A stretch of DNA of 24,000 nt from Candidatus Caldarchaeum sp. (GCA_033580815.1 JAVQUC010000013.1:2655-26654), one strand, 5' to 3'. Shown: positions 1 to 7,970, numbered from the stretch's first letter. Numbers and translations: made by a program. The notes: generated from the sequence alone by a model not told the origin.

Positions 1-171
1 ACCGTGTTCATTCAGATAGGAGGCAATAGACAACAAACCAACTGGAAACATAATGAAGAGATAGGTATAATTCGGAACAGTTCTGTCTATCGGCCCTGGC
101 AGGGTTGGCACCTCCCTAAAGTAGGGGAAGCTCGGAGGGTGCACGAGGATTACGTCGTAATGTTTTGCCAT
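1..171 (-). CDS. B12-binding-domain radical SAM-like protein, N-terminal fragment (gene continues past the window start)
   Basis: Absent from the ORF track because it runs off the window. The reverse-strand ATG (cat at 169-171) opens a frame that stays open to base 1: MAKHYDVILVHPPSFPYFREVPTLPGPIDRTVPNYTYLFIMFPVGLLSIASYLNEHG. A short beta-strand (VILVHPP) followed by P-x-GLL-x-IASYL-x-x-x-G is the typical start of the cobalamin-binding domain of class B radical SAM enzymes. The CxxxCxxC motif would lie outside the window, so the family call is tentative. A TATA-like ATTATTTATATGA (reverse complement of 191-204) lies ~26 nt upstream. Confidence 0.4.
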   Translation of the reverse strand, partial: MAKHYDVILVHPPSFPYFREVPTLPGPIDRTVPNYTYLFIMFPVGLLSIASYLNEHG

Positions 172-190
172 ACGTCGATAAGTATCTTAG

Positions 191-204
191 TCATATAAAT
201 AATT
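191..204 (-). promoter_or_regulatory. TATA-box-like element for the leftward partial gene (leaderless arrangement)
   Basis: The reverse complement reads ATTATTTATATGA. Its centre is ~26 nt upstream of the ATG at 171, the spacing expected for an archaeal TATA box in front of a leaderless mRNA. Confidence 0.4.
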
Positions 205-311
205 ACTCCGATAACTCATCGAGGGAATCGTGAGACCTGCTACCAAATCGCTGACTGAATCTAGTCATAGTTACGCACAACCCTTAATAGACTGCGCCAA
301 GATGTTTACTC

Positions 312-1337
312 ATGCGAGCCGCCGTCGCATATAAACCGTTCGACTTGGTTGTGCGGGATGATGTGGAAATTCCCAAACCAGCTCCCCATGAGATCTTAGT
401 CCGCGTGCGTTCAGTAGGTGTTTGCCCCAACGACGTTCGTTTTTACACTGGTGAATCATTGCACAAACAGATACCCTATGGAGAGAATAGTTATGGTCTT
501 CCGGGTCATGAATGGGCTGGAGAAGTGGTTGAAGTCGGCTCTAAAGTCGACGGACTTCAGGTAGGAGATTATGTGGCCCCAGACCATCTCATCCCCTGCA
601 ACAACTGCAGATATTGTCGTCTTGGTTTTACAAACATTTGCGTGAACAAGTCGCACTATCTCCGTGCATACGCCGAATACGCCACCGCCCATGGCTCGTA
701 CTCGTACAAATTTCCCAAAAACATCAAGTTCGATGAGGCTTGTCTCGCAGAGCCGTTATCGACAGTTATCAATGCATCTAGAATCGCCGACATACGAGCC
801 GGTGATATTGTTTTGGTTGTGGGGGCTGGACCCATGGGATTGTTGCATACTATGCTTGCAAAACAGTCGGGAGCGACCGTTATAGTTTCCGAGGTGATAA
901 AGGAGCGAGTCGAGGCCGCAAAAAAATTTGGAGCTGAAGTCGCCGCGGATCCCTCTAGCGACGATTTAGCCAAGTCGATAAAGGAGATGACGGATGGTGT
1001 GGGTGTGGACAAGATTATCGTCAGCATAGGTAACCCTGTAGCTATCGAACAGCACATGAAATACGTCCGTAAAAGAGGGGTCGTCGTCATATTCGGTGGC
1101 GTCGTTCCGCCCAGAAACATCTCCGTAGACCCCAACCAACTCCACTACCACGAAGTGTTTTTAACCGGTTCTTTCGACCACACTGGGGAAGATTTCAGGA
1201 AAGCAGTGAAACTTATATCTCAACGCAAGCTTGCGCTCGACAATTTGATATCTCACCGTTTTCCACTGAATGAGATTGTTCAAGCGTTTGAAACTTCAAA
1301 ATCCAAGAGCGGGCTTAAGGTGGTTGTGAACATTTAA
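312..1337 (+). CDS. Zn-dependent medium-chain dehydrogenase/reductase (sorbitol/threonine/polyol dehydrogenase-like)
   Basis: 341-aa ORF. Catalytic Zn motif GHEWAGEVVEVG with upstream Cys (GVCPND). Structural Zn cluster CNNCRYCRLGFTNIC (C-x2-C-x2-C-x7-C). Rossmann motif VVGAGPMGLL. A TATA-like CCTTAATAG at 282-290 lies ~25 nt upstream of the ATG. Confidence 0.9.
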   Translation: MRAAVAYKPFDLVVRDDVEIPKPAPHEILVRVRSVGVCPNDVRFYTGESLHKQIPYGENSYGLPGHEWAGEVVEVGSKVDGLQVGDYVAPDHLIPCNNCRYCRLGFTNICVNKSHYLRAYAEYATAHGSYSYKFPKNIKFDEACLAEPLSTVINASRIADIRAGDIVLVVGAGPMGLLHTMLAKQSGATVIVSEVIKERVEAAKKFGAEVAADPSSDDLAKSIKEMTDGVGVDKIIVSIGNPVAIEQHMKYVRKRGVVVIFGGVVPPRNISVDPNQLHYHEVFLTGSFDHTGEDFRKAVKLISQRKLALDNLISHRFPLNEIVQAFETSKSKSGLKVVVNI

Positions 1338-1347
1338 ATTCCCTACA

Positions 1348-1358
1348 TCTTTATATAC
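1348..1358 (+). promoter_or_regulatory. TATA-box-like element upstream of the FGGY kinase gene
   Basis: TCTTTATATAC is centred ~27 nt upstream of the ATG at 1381. This suggests the kinase has its own leaderless transcript start rather than depending on read-through from the dehydrogenase. Confidence 0.45.
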
Positions 1359-1380
1359 GGACGCGAGCCGTTTTCGGTTG

Positions 1381-2907
1381 ATGCCCGACAAAGAATATTT
1401 AATAGGTGTTGATATCGGTACGTTGGGCTCCAAGGGAGTTATAATCGATGACGAAGGAAAAATCTTGAGCTCGTATTTCGTTGAACATGGAATTGATGTT
1501 TTGAGGCCTGGATGGGTCGAGCAAGACCCTGAAAGAATATACTGGACAGACTTTAGAACCATAGTTCGAAAACTGATCGCTGAAAGCGGCGTGTCACCTG
1601 GAAAAATCGTAGCCGTAGGTGTTAGCAGTCTTTCGCCAGACGCATGTCCTGTCGATGAGAACGGTAATCCTGTGAGACCAGCTCTTATCTACATGGATAG
1701 AAGGTCTGTGAAAGAATGTCAGATGGTGAGGGAAATTCTAGGAGAAGATTATGTGGTCAAACTTACAGGTAATGCCGTCGACCCATATTTCGCCGGTTAC
1801 AAGATGCTTTGGATCATGCAGAACGAGCCTGAAAACTACAAAAAGACGTGGAAATTCCTTAACGCTTGCAAATACGTTGTCAACAAACTCACCGATGTTG
1901 CATCAGTCGACATTTCAAACGCAGCTTTATCGGGTCCGTTTTACGACGTGTCAAAGAAAGTCTGGTCAGAAACAGTTTGTTCAGCTCTAGGCTTTGACAG
2001 GGAAAAACTTCCAGATGTTTTCGAATTGGGAGATGTTATCGGCGCTGTAACCAAGAGAGGGTCATCTGAAACTTTGCTTCCCGAGGGGGCACCAGTTGTA
2101 TCATGCGCGGTAGATGGCTTGATGTCATTTTACAGTGTGGGTTGTCTTGACCCTGGCGATGCTGTTTTAATGTATGGAACAACAGGTGTTATGGGGATCA
2201 TTTCCGATAAGCCTGTTTGGGATCCTCGTTTTGTGAACACATACTACATAGGCGGCAGAGTCATTCATGCTGTCGCTATGATAGCGACAGGAGCGCTTGT
2301 CCGATGGTTCAGAGATGAGTTTGGAGTTGCTGAAAAAGAGGTTGAGCGACTAGCAAAACTCGACGCCTACAGTTTGCTCGATAGAATGGCCGAAAAAATA
2401 TCGCCAGGAAGTGATGGATTGGTCGTATTGCCCTATTTCATGGGTGAAAGAACACCGATATGGGACCCGCTGGCTCGTGGTGTCGTGATTGGGCTAACTC
2501 TATACCATAGCAGAGCACATGTTTACAGAGCTCTCCTGGAATCAGCCGGCTACGCTCTAAAACAACACATTCTCATCGCCAACCAATTAGGGATATTCAT
2601 AAAACGCATTCTCGCCGTGAACGGGGGCGCCCGGAGTAAGCTATGGCGGCAGATAATCTCGGACATCATTGGTATGCCTCAACTTTACAGTTCAAAGGTT
2701 TCGGGTGCACCATTCGGCGATGCTTTTCTCGCTGGCGTGGCCGTGAAAATCTTTCAAAAACCTGAGGACATAAGAAAACTCGTCGTGATAGATGAAGAAA
2801 CTAAGCCCATAATCGAAAACACAGTTAAGTACGAACGGCTCTACTCAGTGTTTGACGGATTGTACGCGAAGCTGAAGGACGATATGCATGCAGTGGCTAC
2901 TCTCTAA
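1381..2907 (+). CDS. FGGY-family carbohydrate kinase (xylulokinase/ribulokinase-like; substrate not assignable)
   Basis: The ORF track starts at TTG 1378 and ATG is the next codon (1381). The N-terminal phosphate-1 motif YLIGVDIGTLGSKGVIID and the later GTTGV, GGARS and FMGERTP-type motifs are typical of FGGY kinases. Length (~508 aa) fits. It lacks the GlpK-like IDQGTTSSR start. Confidence 0.9.
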   Translation: MPDKEYLIGVDIGTLGSKGVIIDDEGKILSSYFVEHGIDVLRPGWVEQDPERIYWTDFRTIVRKLIAESGVSPGKIVAVGVSSLSPDACPVDENGNPVRPALIYMDRRSVKECQMVREILGEDYVVKLTGNAVDPYFAGYKMLWIMQNEPENYKKTWKFLNACKYVVNKLTDVASVDISNAALSGPFYDVSKKVWSETVCSALGFDREKLPDVFELGDVIGAVTKRGSSETLLPEGAPVVSCAVDGLMSFYSVGCLDPGDAVLMYGTTGVMGIISDKPVWDPRFVNTYYIGGRVIHAVAMIATGALVRWFRDEFGVAEKEVERLAKLDAYSLLDRMAEKISPGSDGLVVLPYFMGERTPIWDPLARGVVIGLTLYHSRAHVYRALLESAGYALKQHILIANQLGIFIKRILAVNGGARSKLWRQIISDIIGMPQLYSSKVSGAPFGDAFLAGVAVKIFQKPEDIRKLVVIDEETKPIIENTVKYERLYSVFDGLYAKLKDDMHAVATL

Positions 2908-2910
2908 CGG

Positions 2911-3429
2911 GTGATTGAGCTGACAGAGAACAAAGACCTCGCTAAAGATGCTGAAAAAATTAGTATCGAATGGCAATTCTTGAGGTACTTCAGAACCACG
3001 GGATATCTGGTCGAAATCGATTCCAAAAGAAAGGAAGCTGTCATATTTCTCCCCGACAAAGAATTGATGGTCATAGCCGATGTATCCTCCTACATCAACA
3101 TTGAAAAACTCAAAGCAAATAGAATATATGACATGGTTTTCGCCATCTATCATGCCAGAGCTGGGGAGCGTTTGAGGCAACTAATCATCGACAAGTTAAA
3201 GGAGCCATATCATGAAATCAAGAGCAAATACACGAAAGACTACTATCTATACAAAGTTAACTACTTTGAACAATTTTTCTCAAAAGTCGATACTTTTTAT
3301 CGATTCGAACTTTTGAAAGCCTCTGACTGGTACTATTCAGACCTAATTAAAAAGCGGTTCGAAGATCATGTCCGCAGATCTTACAAAACACCGACAGTTT
3401 TCAAATGGCGGCATTTACTAGGCTACTGA
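2911..3429 (+). CDS. Hypothetical protein, no recognisable family (K/Y/F-rich, A/T-rich gene)
   Basis: 172-aa ORF starting at GTG, 3 nt after the kinase stop. No overlapping ORF of comparable length exists on the other strand. No motif I recognise and no TM segments. Visibly more A/T-rich than the flanking genes. Ends 4 nt from the stop of the convergent oxidoreductase gene. Confidence 0.55.
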   Translation: MIELTENKDLAKDAEKISIEWQFLRYFRTTGYLVEIDSKRKEAVIFLPDKELMVIADVSSYINIEKLKANRIYDMVFAIYHARAGERLRQLIIDKLKEPYHEIKSKYTKDYYLYKVNYFEQFFSKVDTFYRFELLKASDWYYSDLIKKRFEDHVRRSYKTPTVFKWRHLLGY

Positions 3430-3433
3430 GAGT

Positions 3434-4666
3434 TCATCTGAGGATTTTTTGTTGGATTCTCCACAAATCGTATGTTAGATCCTCTTCAACCTCGACGTCG
3501 TCGAAGCTTATCGGTTGGTCCCTTCTAATGGTTCTTTTAACCACCGCCCCTTTGGATAACCCAATCGGAAGCAATCCCTGTTCTTTGGATATCTCCCTTT
3601 TTTCGATTGTACCATATGCGGTGAATCCTCCGATTCCATCCAGTTTTTCACCAACTTGCAAATCACGTTTTGCGACCGCGCATGTGTCGCTGAAATATCC
3701 GCTGGCTTGGATGATGGGCTTCTTTTCGGTAACAGCCTTTACTGCGGTGAGCAAAGTTTCAGAGCCGGGAAGATGATAAGGTCTGTAAAAGACAAAGTAA
3801 GGTCCCTCGCCTACTTTAAGGTATTTCATGTTTTCTAAAATGACTTCATCGTCTGTGGTGGCCACCGCAAAAACACCGGGAGCTATTCCTTGGACATAAT
3901 CGACCACATGCAAACTGTTCAGAATACCTCCGTCATTTTTCAGTCTGAAAATCTGAGAAATTTCGGATAAGGTTGCGACGGGCCCGTGCATTCCTCTGAC
4001 GTCAGGCAGTAGACCCGTCGCATTTGATAGGATGGTCATTTCAACCATGGTTTTTGTTCCATCAACGAAAGACGTTAAAATTTTCGGGCTAAGGTTTTGC
4101 TTGGCACTTGTCTGGGCTAATGTCTCAGGCGTTGCACGATGGTCGAGAGGATTGTTTTTTCCCTTGCCGGCCACTATCACATCCATTCCGATCTGTCGCA
4201 ACGGTTCGTAAAGATAATGCATGACCGTGCCCGGCTCATCGCCCAAGTCACCGGTATAAACTATTCCCGCGGATCTCGAGAGGCTTGTGACAAGAGGACC
4301 GACTAAGGCATCGAATTCAGCGTTAAGCATAACGATGTTTTTTCTTGATTGTATCCCCATTAGTGCAACAAGGGAACCTGTCCTTATATCGCCGGTTGCA
4401 TCTATGATAACGTTGACTTCTTCCATCTGAAAAAGCAATTCAGCTTCAGCCGTAAGAACTATTTCTCCCCTTTCGTGAATTTTTTTTGCTTTTTCAATCG
4501 TGTCGGCTATGCCAAATTTTACGCCGGCTTCACCGAGAACATCACTGCCTCTGGTTAAGTTGATCTCAGCCACTGCAACCAATTCCCTGTTAGTCCTAAC
4601 TATGTGATGTACTATGGTCCTACCCATCTTGCCGAGCCCGACTAGCCCAATCCGTGGTACCTCCAT
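3434..4666 (-). CDS. NAD(P)-dependent oxidoreductase with C-terminal SAF domain (COG4091 'predicted homoserine dehydrogenase'-like)
   Basis: The track ORF is 3434-4843. I trim it to the ATG at 4666 (MEVPRIGLVGLGKMGRT), which places the GxGxxG Rossmann motif at the extreme N-terminus and leaves 1 nt between this start and the upstream ATPase stop (4668). The C-terminal segment (AVAKRDLQVGEKLDGIGGFTAYG) looks like a SAF beta-clip domain. Confidence 0.8.
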   Translation of the reverse strand: MEVPRIGLVGLGKMGRTIVHHIVRTNRELVAVAEINLTRGSDVLGEAGVKFGIADTIEKAKKIHERGEIVLTAEAELLFQMEEVNVIIDATGDIRTGSLVALMGIQSRKNIVMLNAEFDALVGPLVTSLSRSAGIVYTGDLGDEPGTVMHYLYEPLRQIGMDVIVAGKGKNNPLDHRATPETLAQTSAKQNLSPKILTSFVDGTKTMVEMTILSNATGLLPDVRGMHGPVATLSEISQIFRLKNDGGILNSLHVVDYVQGIAPGVFAVATTDDEVILENMKYLKVGEGPYFVFYRPYHLPGSETLLTAVKAVTEKKPIIQASGYFSDTCAVAKRDLQVGEKLDGIGGFTAYGTIEKREISKEQGLLPIGLSKGAVVKRTIRRDQPISFDDVEVEEDLTYDLWRIQQKILR

Positions 4667-4667
4667 A

Positions 4668-5735
4668 TCATAACAACCTCTTGCCGGATTCGTCAAAGAA
4701 GTTGAAATTCTCGGTCGGAAGCCGTACCCAAACAGTTTCTCCGATGTTTTGCTCTGTTTCTGAAATTGCTTTAACCAAAATTTTATCACTACGCAAATGC
4801 AATATGTATTTGTCCCTCCCCAAATCTTCTCTGTAGGCGACAACCATCGGAAAGAGGTCGGGTCCTTTTATCGGAGATATTTTCACGTGTTCGGCTCTGA
4901 ACCCGATTCTTAGCTTCATGTTGTTTTCGAAAGGCAGCTTTATCTGAATCCTGAATGAATGAAAGTTAAGTATGCCGTTTTCGTACACGGCTTCAAGGAT
5001 GTTCATTCCGGGAAAGCCGATGAAGAATCCGACAAACTCATGCGATGGCCTGTGATAGATTTCTTCAAAGGTTCCGAATTGCAGCAGTCGCCCGTTTGGA
5101 GACATTACGGCGATTTTTTCTCCAAATGTTAATGCTTCGGTTTGGTCATGTGTAACAAACACCATCGTTCTTTTAAAACGCCGCCCAATTTCAAGCAACA
5201 ATTTCTTGATTTCGTATTTTCTGTCGGGCTCGATGGAACTCATCGGCTCGTCAAGCAAGATTACGTCAGCCTCTCTAATCAGCGCTCTCCCGATCGCCAC
5301 CCGTTGCCTATCTGCTGGCCCGAGCTTTTGAGCCTGCTCTTTCAGCAAATTATCCAACTTCAACAGTGCGGCGATTTCTCTCGCTTTCTTGATTTTCTCC
5401 TCTTTCGATATCTTGATGTTAAGTAACGGGAACAGGAGGTTCTCGAGGACGGTCATCTTGTAAACGACGGGAAACTGGAAAACTATCGCTACGTTTCTTT
5501 TCTCCGGCGGCAATGGAGTGTAGTCTCTTTGGTCAAAGATGACTTTGCCTTTAGTTGGCTTGATCAAGCCTGTGATAATCTTTAGTAGAGTTGATTTGCC
5601 GCAGCCTGATGGTCCGAGAAGAGAATATTGCTTCCCTGACTCAAACAATAAGTCGATATCTCTGACAGCCCAATTTTTTCCCCCATCATATGAGTGGCTG
5701 ATCTGCGAGAGGTGGACTTCGACCATCCACATCAC
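4668..5735 (-). CDS. ABC transporter ATP-binding protein, MalK/UgpC-type with C-terminal regulatory (TOBE-like) domain; degenerate signature motif
   Basis: Walker A GPSGCGKST, Q-loop IVFQ, Walker B VILLDEP and H-loop FVTHDQTEA are present. At the LSGGQ position it reads LGPADRQRVAIGRAL. The start (GTG 5735 or ATG 5732) overlaps the stop of the upstream ATPase gene. Confidence 0.9.
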   Translation of the reverse strand: MMWMVEVHLSQISHSYDGGKNWAVRDIDLLFESGKQYSLLGPSGCGKSTLLKIITGLIKPTKGKVIFDQRDYTPLPPEKRNVAIVFQFPVVYKMTVLENLLFPLLNIKISKEEKIKKAREIAALLKLDNLLKEQAQKLGPADRQRVAIGRALIREADVILLDEPMSSIEPDRKYEIKKLLLEIGRRFKRTMVFVTHDQTEALTFGEKIAVMSPNGRLLQFGTFEEIYHRPSHEFVGFFIGFPGMNILEAVYENGILNFHSFRIQIKLPFENNMKLRIGFRAEHVKISPIKGPDLFPMVVAYREDLGRDKYILHLRSDKILVKAISETEQNIGETVWVRLPTENFNFFDESGKRLL

Positions 5736-6829
5736 CCCCTCAGGTTTTGTATATATAAGCCTTCTTTGGAAAATATCATCAAGTCTGTCAAGTCAACCGT
5801 GCATCTTTTTTTATTTTTGATTTCATGCAGTTTCTCGACTTCAGACAAAATGATGTTAATAACTTGTTGACCACTTCTCGCGACGACGACGATTTCCGAA
5901 CCCATGTTTTCAATGAAGTCTATTTCAATCGGTATTGAAAGTGATTTAGGAGAATTGAGAGCGAATAATTTTACGTCGTGCGGATAAGCTGCCAACAAAT
6001 ACTCCTCCCCATCCTTAAGTGCGTCATATGACGAAACGTCAAGCGATATGTCGGTTCCAACCCGCAAAAATTTACCCGCAGGTCCTTTTTCGCATTTTGC
6101 CGGCAGAATGTTAACCCCTATTGGCGAATAGGAAGAGGCTGCAGTCAAGTCGACCGGGTGACGGAAGCATTCTTTGACCGCTCCGGTTTGGACTATTTTC
6201 CCACCACGCAAGTGAACAAGCGTTTTTCCTAGGGCGGCAGCTTCTTCAGGGTTGGATGTCGAGTATAATACGGTAGCCTTTACCTCGTGGAAAATCCTCT
6301 GCAGCTCAGCCCTCAAGATTTCTCTAACCTTGTAGTCCAAGTTGGTAAGAGGTTCGTCGAATAAGAAAACTTTCGGTTTTTTAACTAAAGCCCGTGCGAT
6401 CGCCGTTCTCTGAGCCTCCCCTCCACTGATTTCATGCGGCTTCTTTTGCAAAATCTGCTTTATTCCAAGAAACTCCGCAACCTCTTCCACCTGCTTTCTT
6501 ATCTCTTGTTCGGGCATATTTTTTACTCTCATCGGTGACGCGATGTTTTCGAAAACGGTCATGTTAGGATACAATGCAAAACTTTGGAAAACCATGCTCA
6601 CGTTTCGCTTTTGCGGAGGCATTAATGTAACGTCTTGGCTGTCAAAATACACCTTACCCTTGTCTGGTTTTTCGGTGCCTGCTATGATTCGAAATAGGGT
6701 AGTCTTTCCCGCGCCGGCCGGCCCCAAAAACACCGTTATATCCTCCGACCTTATTTTGAGGCTGATATTTTCGAGAACAGTTTTCCCGCGGAAAGATTTA
6801 GTTATGTTTTCTAAAACTATTTCGGTCAT
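5732..6829 (-). CDS. ABC transporter ATP-binding protein, MalK/UgpC-type; switch-histidine replaced
   Basis: Walker A GPAGAGKTT, Q-loop MVFQSFALYP, signature ISGGEAQRTAIARAL and Walker B VFLFDEP are present. The H-loop position reads LYSTSNPEEA instead of VTHDQxEA. A Shine-Dalgarno-like GGAGAGGATGA lies just upstream of the ATG (reverse complement of 6833-6843). Confidence 0.9.
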   Translation of the reverse strand: MTEIVLENITKSFRGKTVLENISLKIRSEDITVFLGPAGAGKTTLFRIIAGTEKPDKGKVYFDSQDVTLMPPQKRNVSMVFQSFALYPNMTVFENIASPMRVKNMPEQEIRKQVEEVAEFLGIKQILQKKPHEISGGEAQRTAIARALVKKPKVFLFDEPLTNLDYKVREILRAELQRIFHEVKATVLYSTSNPEEAAALGKTLVHLRGGKIVQTGAVKECFRHPVDLTAASSYSPIGVNILPAKCEKGPAGKFLRVGTDISLDVSSYDALKDGEEYLLAAYPHDVKLFALNSPKSLSIPIEIDFIENMGSEIVVVARSGQQVINIILSEVEKLHEIKNKKRCTVDLTDLMIFSKEGLYIQNLRG

Positions 6830-6832
6830 AAA

Positions 6833-7150
6833 TCATCCTCTCCACATAATCAAAAAAACTATAGGAATTCCGACTAAAAGTATGAAATACCATTCTAAAC
6901 CAAGTGCCATAAAGCTCAACATTATTGCGATGAGTGAAACAGCAGAAATAAACACTCTGTCACCTAGAGTCGTCGGTATTCTTAAAATTCCCACTCTAGC
7001 GTTCGATGGCCTTTTTAGACTTAAAACAGCTAAAAAAGTCAAGAAGGAGAAAAAACCGGCGAGAAAAAGAACTAGTTCCGCCTTCCAATACATCCATGGC
7101 ATTAGTGAGTTTAGGAAATTTTCGATTTCGCTCAGCATTGCCCCTACCAT
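6833..7150 (-). CDS. Small integral membrane protein, DUF2160-like ABC-transporter accessory component
   Basis: The track ORF 6833-7399 overlaps the permease gene. I trim it to the ATG at 7150 (105 aa), 4 nt after the permease stop and preceded by GGGGAGG. An alternative start at ATG 7102 gives 89 aa. Sequence: ...MPWMYWKAELVLFLAGFFSFLTFLAVLSLKRPSNARVGILRIPTTLGDRVFISAVSLIAIMLSFMALG... This has 2-3 TM helices. The G-I-L-x-x-x-T-T-x-G-D-R-x-F-I core matches what I recall of the DUF2160 family found in bacterial two-ATPase sugar/glycerol ABC operons. Confidence 0.65.
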   Translation of the reverse strand: MVGAMLSEIENFLNSLMPWMYWKAELVLFLAGFFSFLTFLAVLSLKRPSNARVGILRIPTTLGDRVFISAVSLIAIMLSFMALGLEWYFILLVGIPIVFLIMWRG

Positions 7151-7154
7151 ATTG

Positions 7155-7970
7155 TTAGAGCCTCCCCAGGACGAAGCCTCTGACGGCGTATTTTCGAACC
7201 CAGTACAGCAGAACAAGTCCCGGTATGAGAGTGACGAACCCGGCAGCGGCGGCTGGTCCATATTCCACGCCCCAACCAACCTTGCCGAGGGCAGTAAGCA
7301 ACTGCGCCGGCAGAGTCTTTGAGACCACGGAAGATAACACACTCGCGAAAAACATCTCAGTCCATGCGAAAAGCCATGCAAAGAACATTGCCACTCCAAT
7401 GGCTGGTCTCAATAATGGGAGTATTATTTTTCTGAAGAGCCGACCCACGGAATAACCGTCGATGAACGCAGCTTCGTCGATTTCTCTAGGAACTGATGCT
7501 AAGAAGCTAGATATAATCCAAGTCGTAATCGGTATTTCAAAGACCATATACGCTATTATCAGGCCAGCGTGAGTGTCCCACAAGCCAATCCCCCTCCAAA
7601 TCATTAGATAGGGGATGGCGAAAACTACCGGCGGCGCCATTCTATTGGTTAAAAGCCAGAAAAATAAGTGTTTGTCCGCCAAGAACCGGAATCGTGTGAA
7701 CACGTATCCGGCTGGAATGCTAACCGCCAAAGCCAACACCATTGCGAAAAACGATATTATAATTGAGTTTATTATCCCCGCTCGCCAATAACCAAATCCT
7801 CCTGTAACCTCGACCCAATTCGTAAAATCGAAATCCGGAATTATCGCTCCCTCGTTTATTCTAGCTTTAGAGGATGCCGAAACGGAGAAGGTGAAGTATA
7901 TCGGAATGACCATCAAGACGGAAACAAGAGTGAGAAGAAGCAGTTTGAAGGCGGTTGTGATGTGGCTCAC
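7155..7970 (-). CDS. ABC transporter permease (MalG/UgpE-like, CUT1-type)
   Basis: 271 aa with about 6 hydrophobic segments. EAA-loop region EIDEAAFIDGYSVGRLFRKIILPLLRPAI. The GTG start overlaps the upstream permease stop (GTGA). Confidence 0.9.
   Translation of the reverse strand: MSHITTAFKLLLLTLVSVLMVIPIYFTFSVSASSKARINEGAIIPDFDFTNWVEVTGGFGYWRAGIINSIIISFFAMVLALAVSIPAGYVFTRFRFLADKHLFFWLLTNRMAPPVVFAIPYLMIWRGIGLWDTHAGLIIAYMVFEIPITTWIISSFLASVPREIDEAAFIDGYSVGRLFRKIILPLLRPAIGVAMFFAWLFAWTEMFFASVLSSVVSKTLPAQLLTALGKVGWGVEYGPAAAAGFVTLIPGLVLLYWVRKYAVRGFVLGRL

Noticed and set aside
4-198. 64-aa plus-strand ORF at the left edge.
   Set aside because: The opposite strand carries a better-supported gene start: an ATG at 171 with a TATA-like box 26 nt upstream and a recognisable B12-binding-domain-like N-terminus.
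4667-4843. N-terminal 59-aa extension of the oxidoreductase ORF (track ORF 3434-4843).
   Set aside because: The extension lies entirely inside the 3' end of the ATPase gene (4668-5735) in another frame and has an odd Cys/Trp/Lys-rich composition. The GxGxxG dinucleotide-binding motif begins right after the internal ATG at 4666, which also abuts the ATPase stop.
6543-7322. 259-aa plus-strand ORF, and similar long antisense ORFs (656-1135, 2845-3180, 3405-3776, 10385-10705, 11336-11818, 13936-14442, 14890-15180, 18711-19028, 20469-20879).
   Set aside because: All lie antisense to ORFs with clear family motifs (ABC ATPase, permease, SBP, dehydrogenase and so on). They have low-complexity Ser/Arg/Pro-rich composition and no motifs, so they are shadow ORFs in a moderately GC-rich coding region.
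7151-7399. Upstream 83 aa of the 188-aa track ORF 6833-7399.
   Set aside because: It overlaps the 3' end of the permease gene (7155-7970) out of frame and is Cys/Arg/Ser-rich with no membrane character. The membrane-protein part starts at or after the ATG at 7150.
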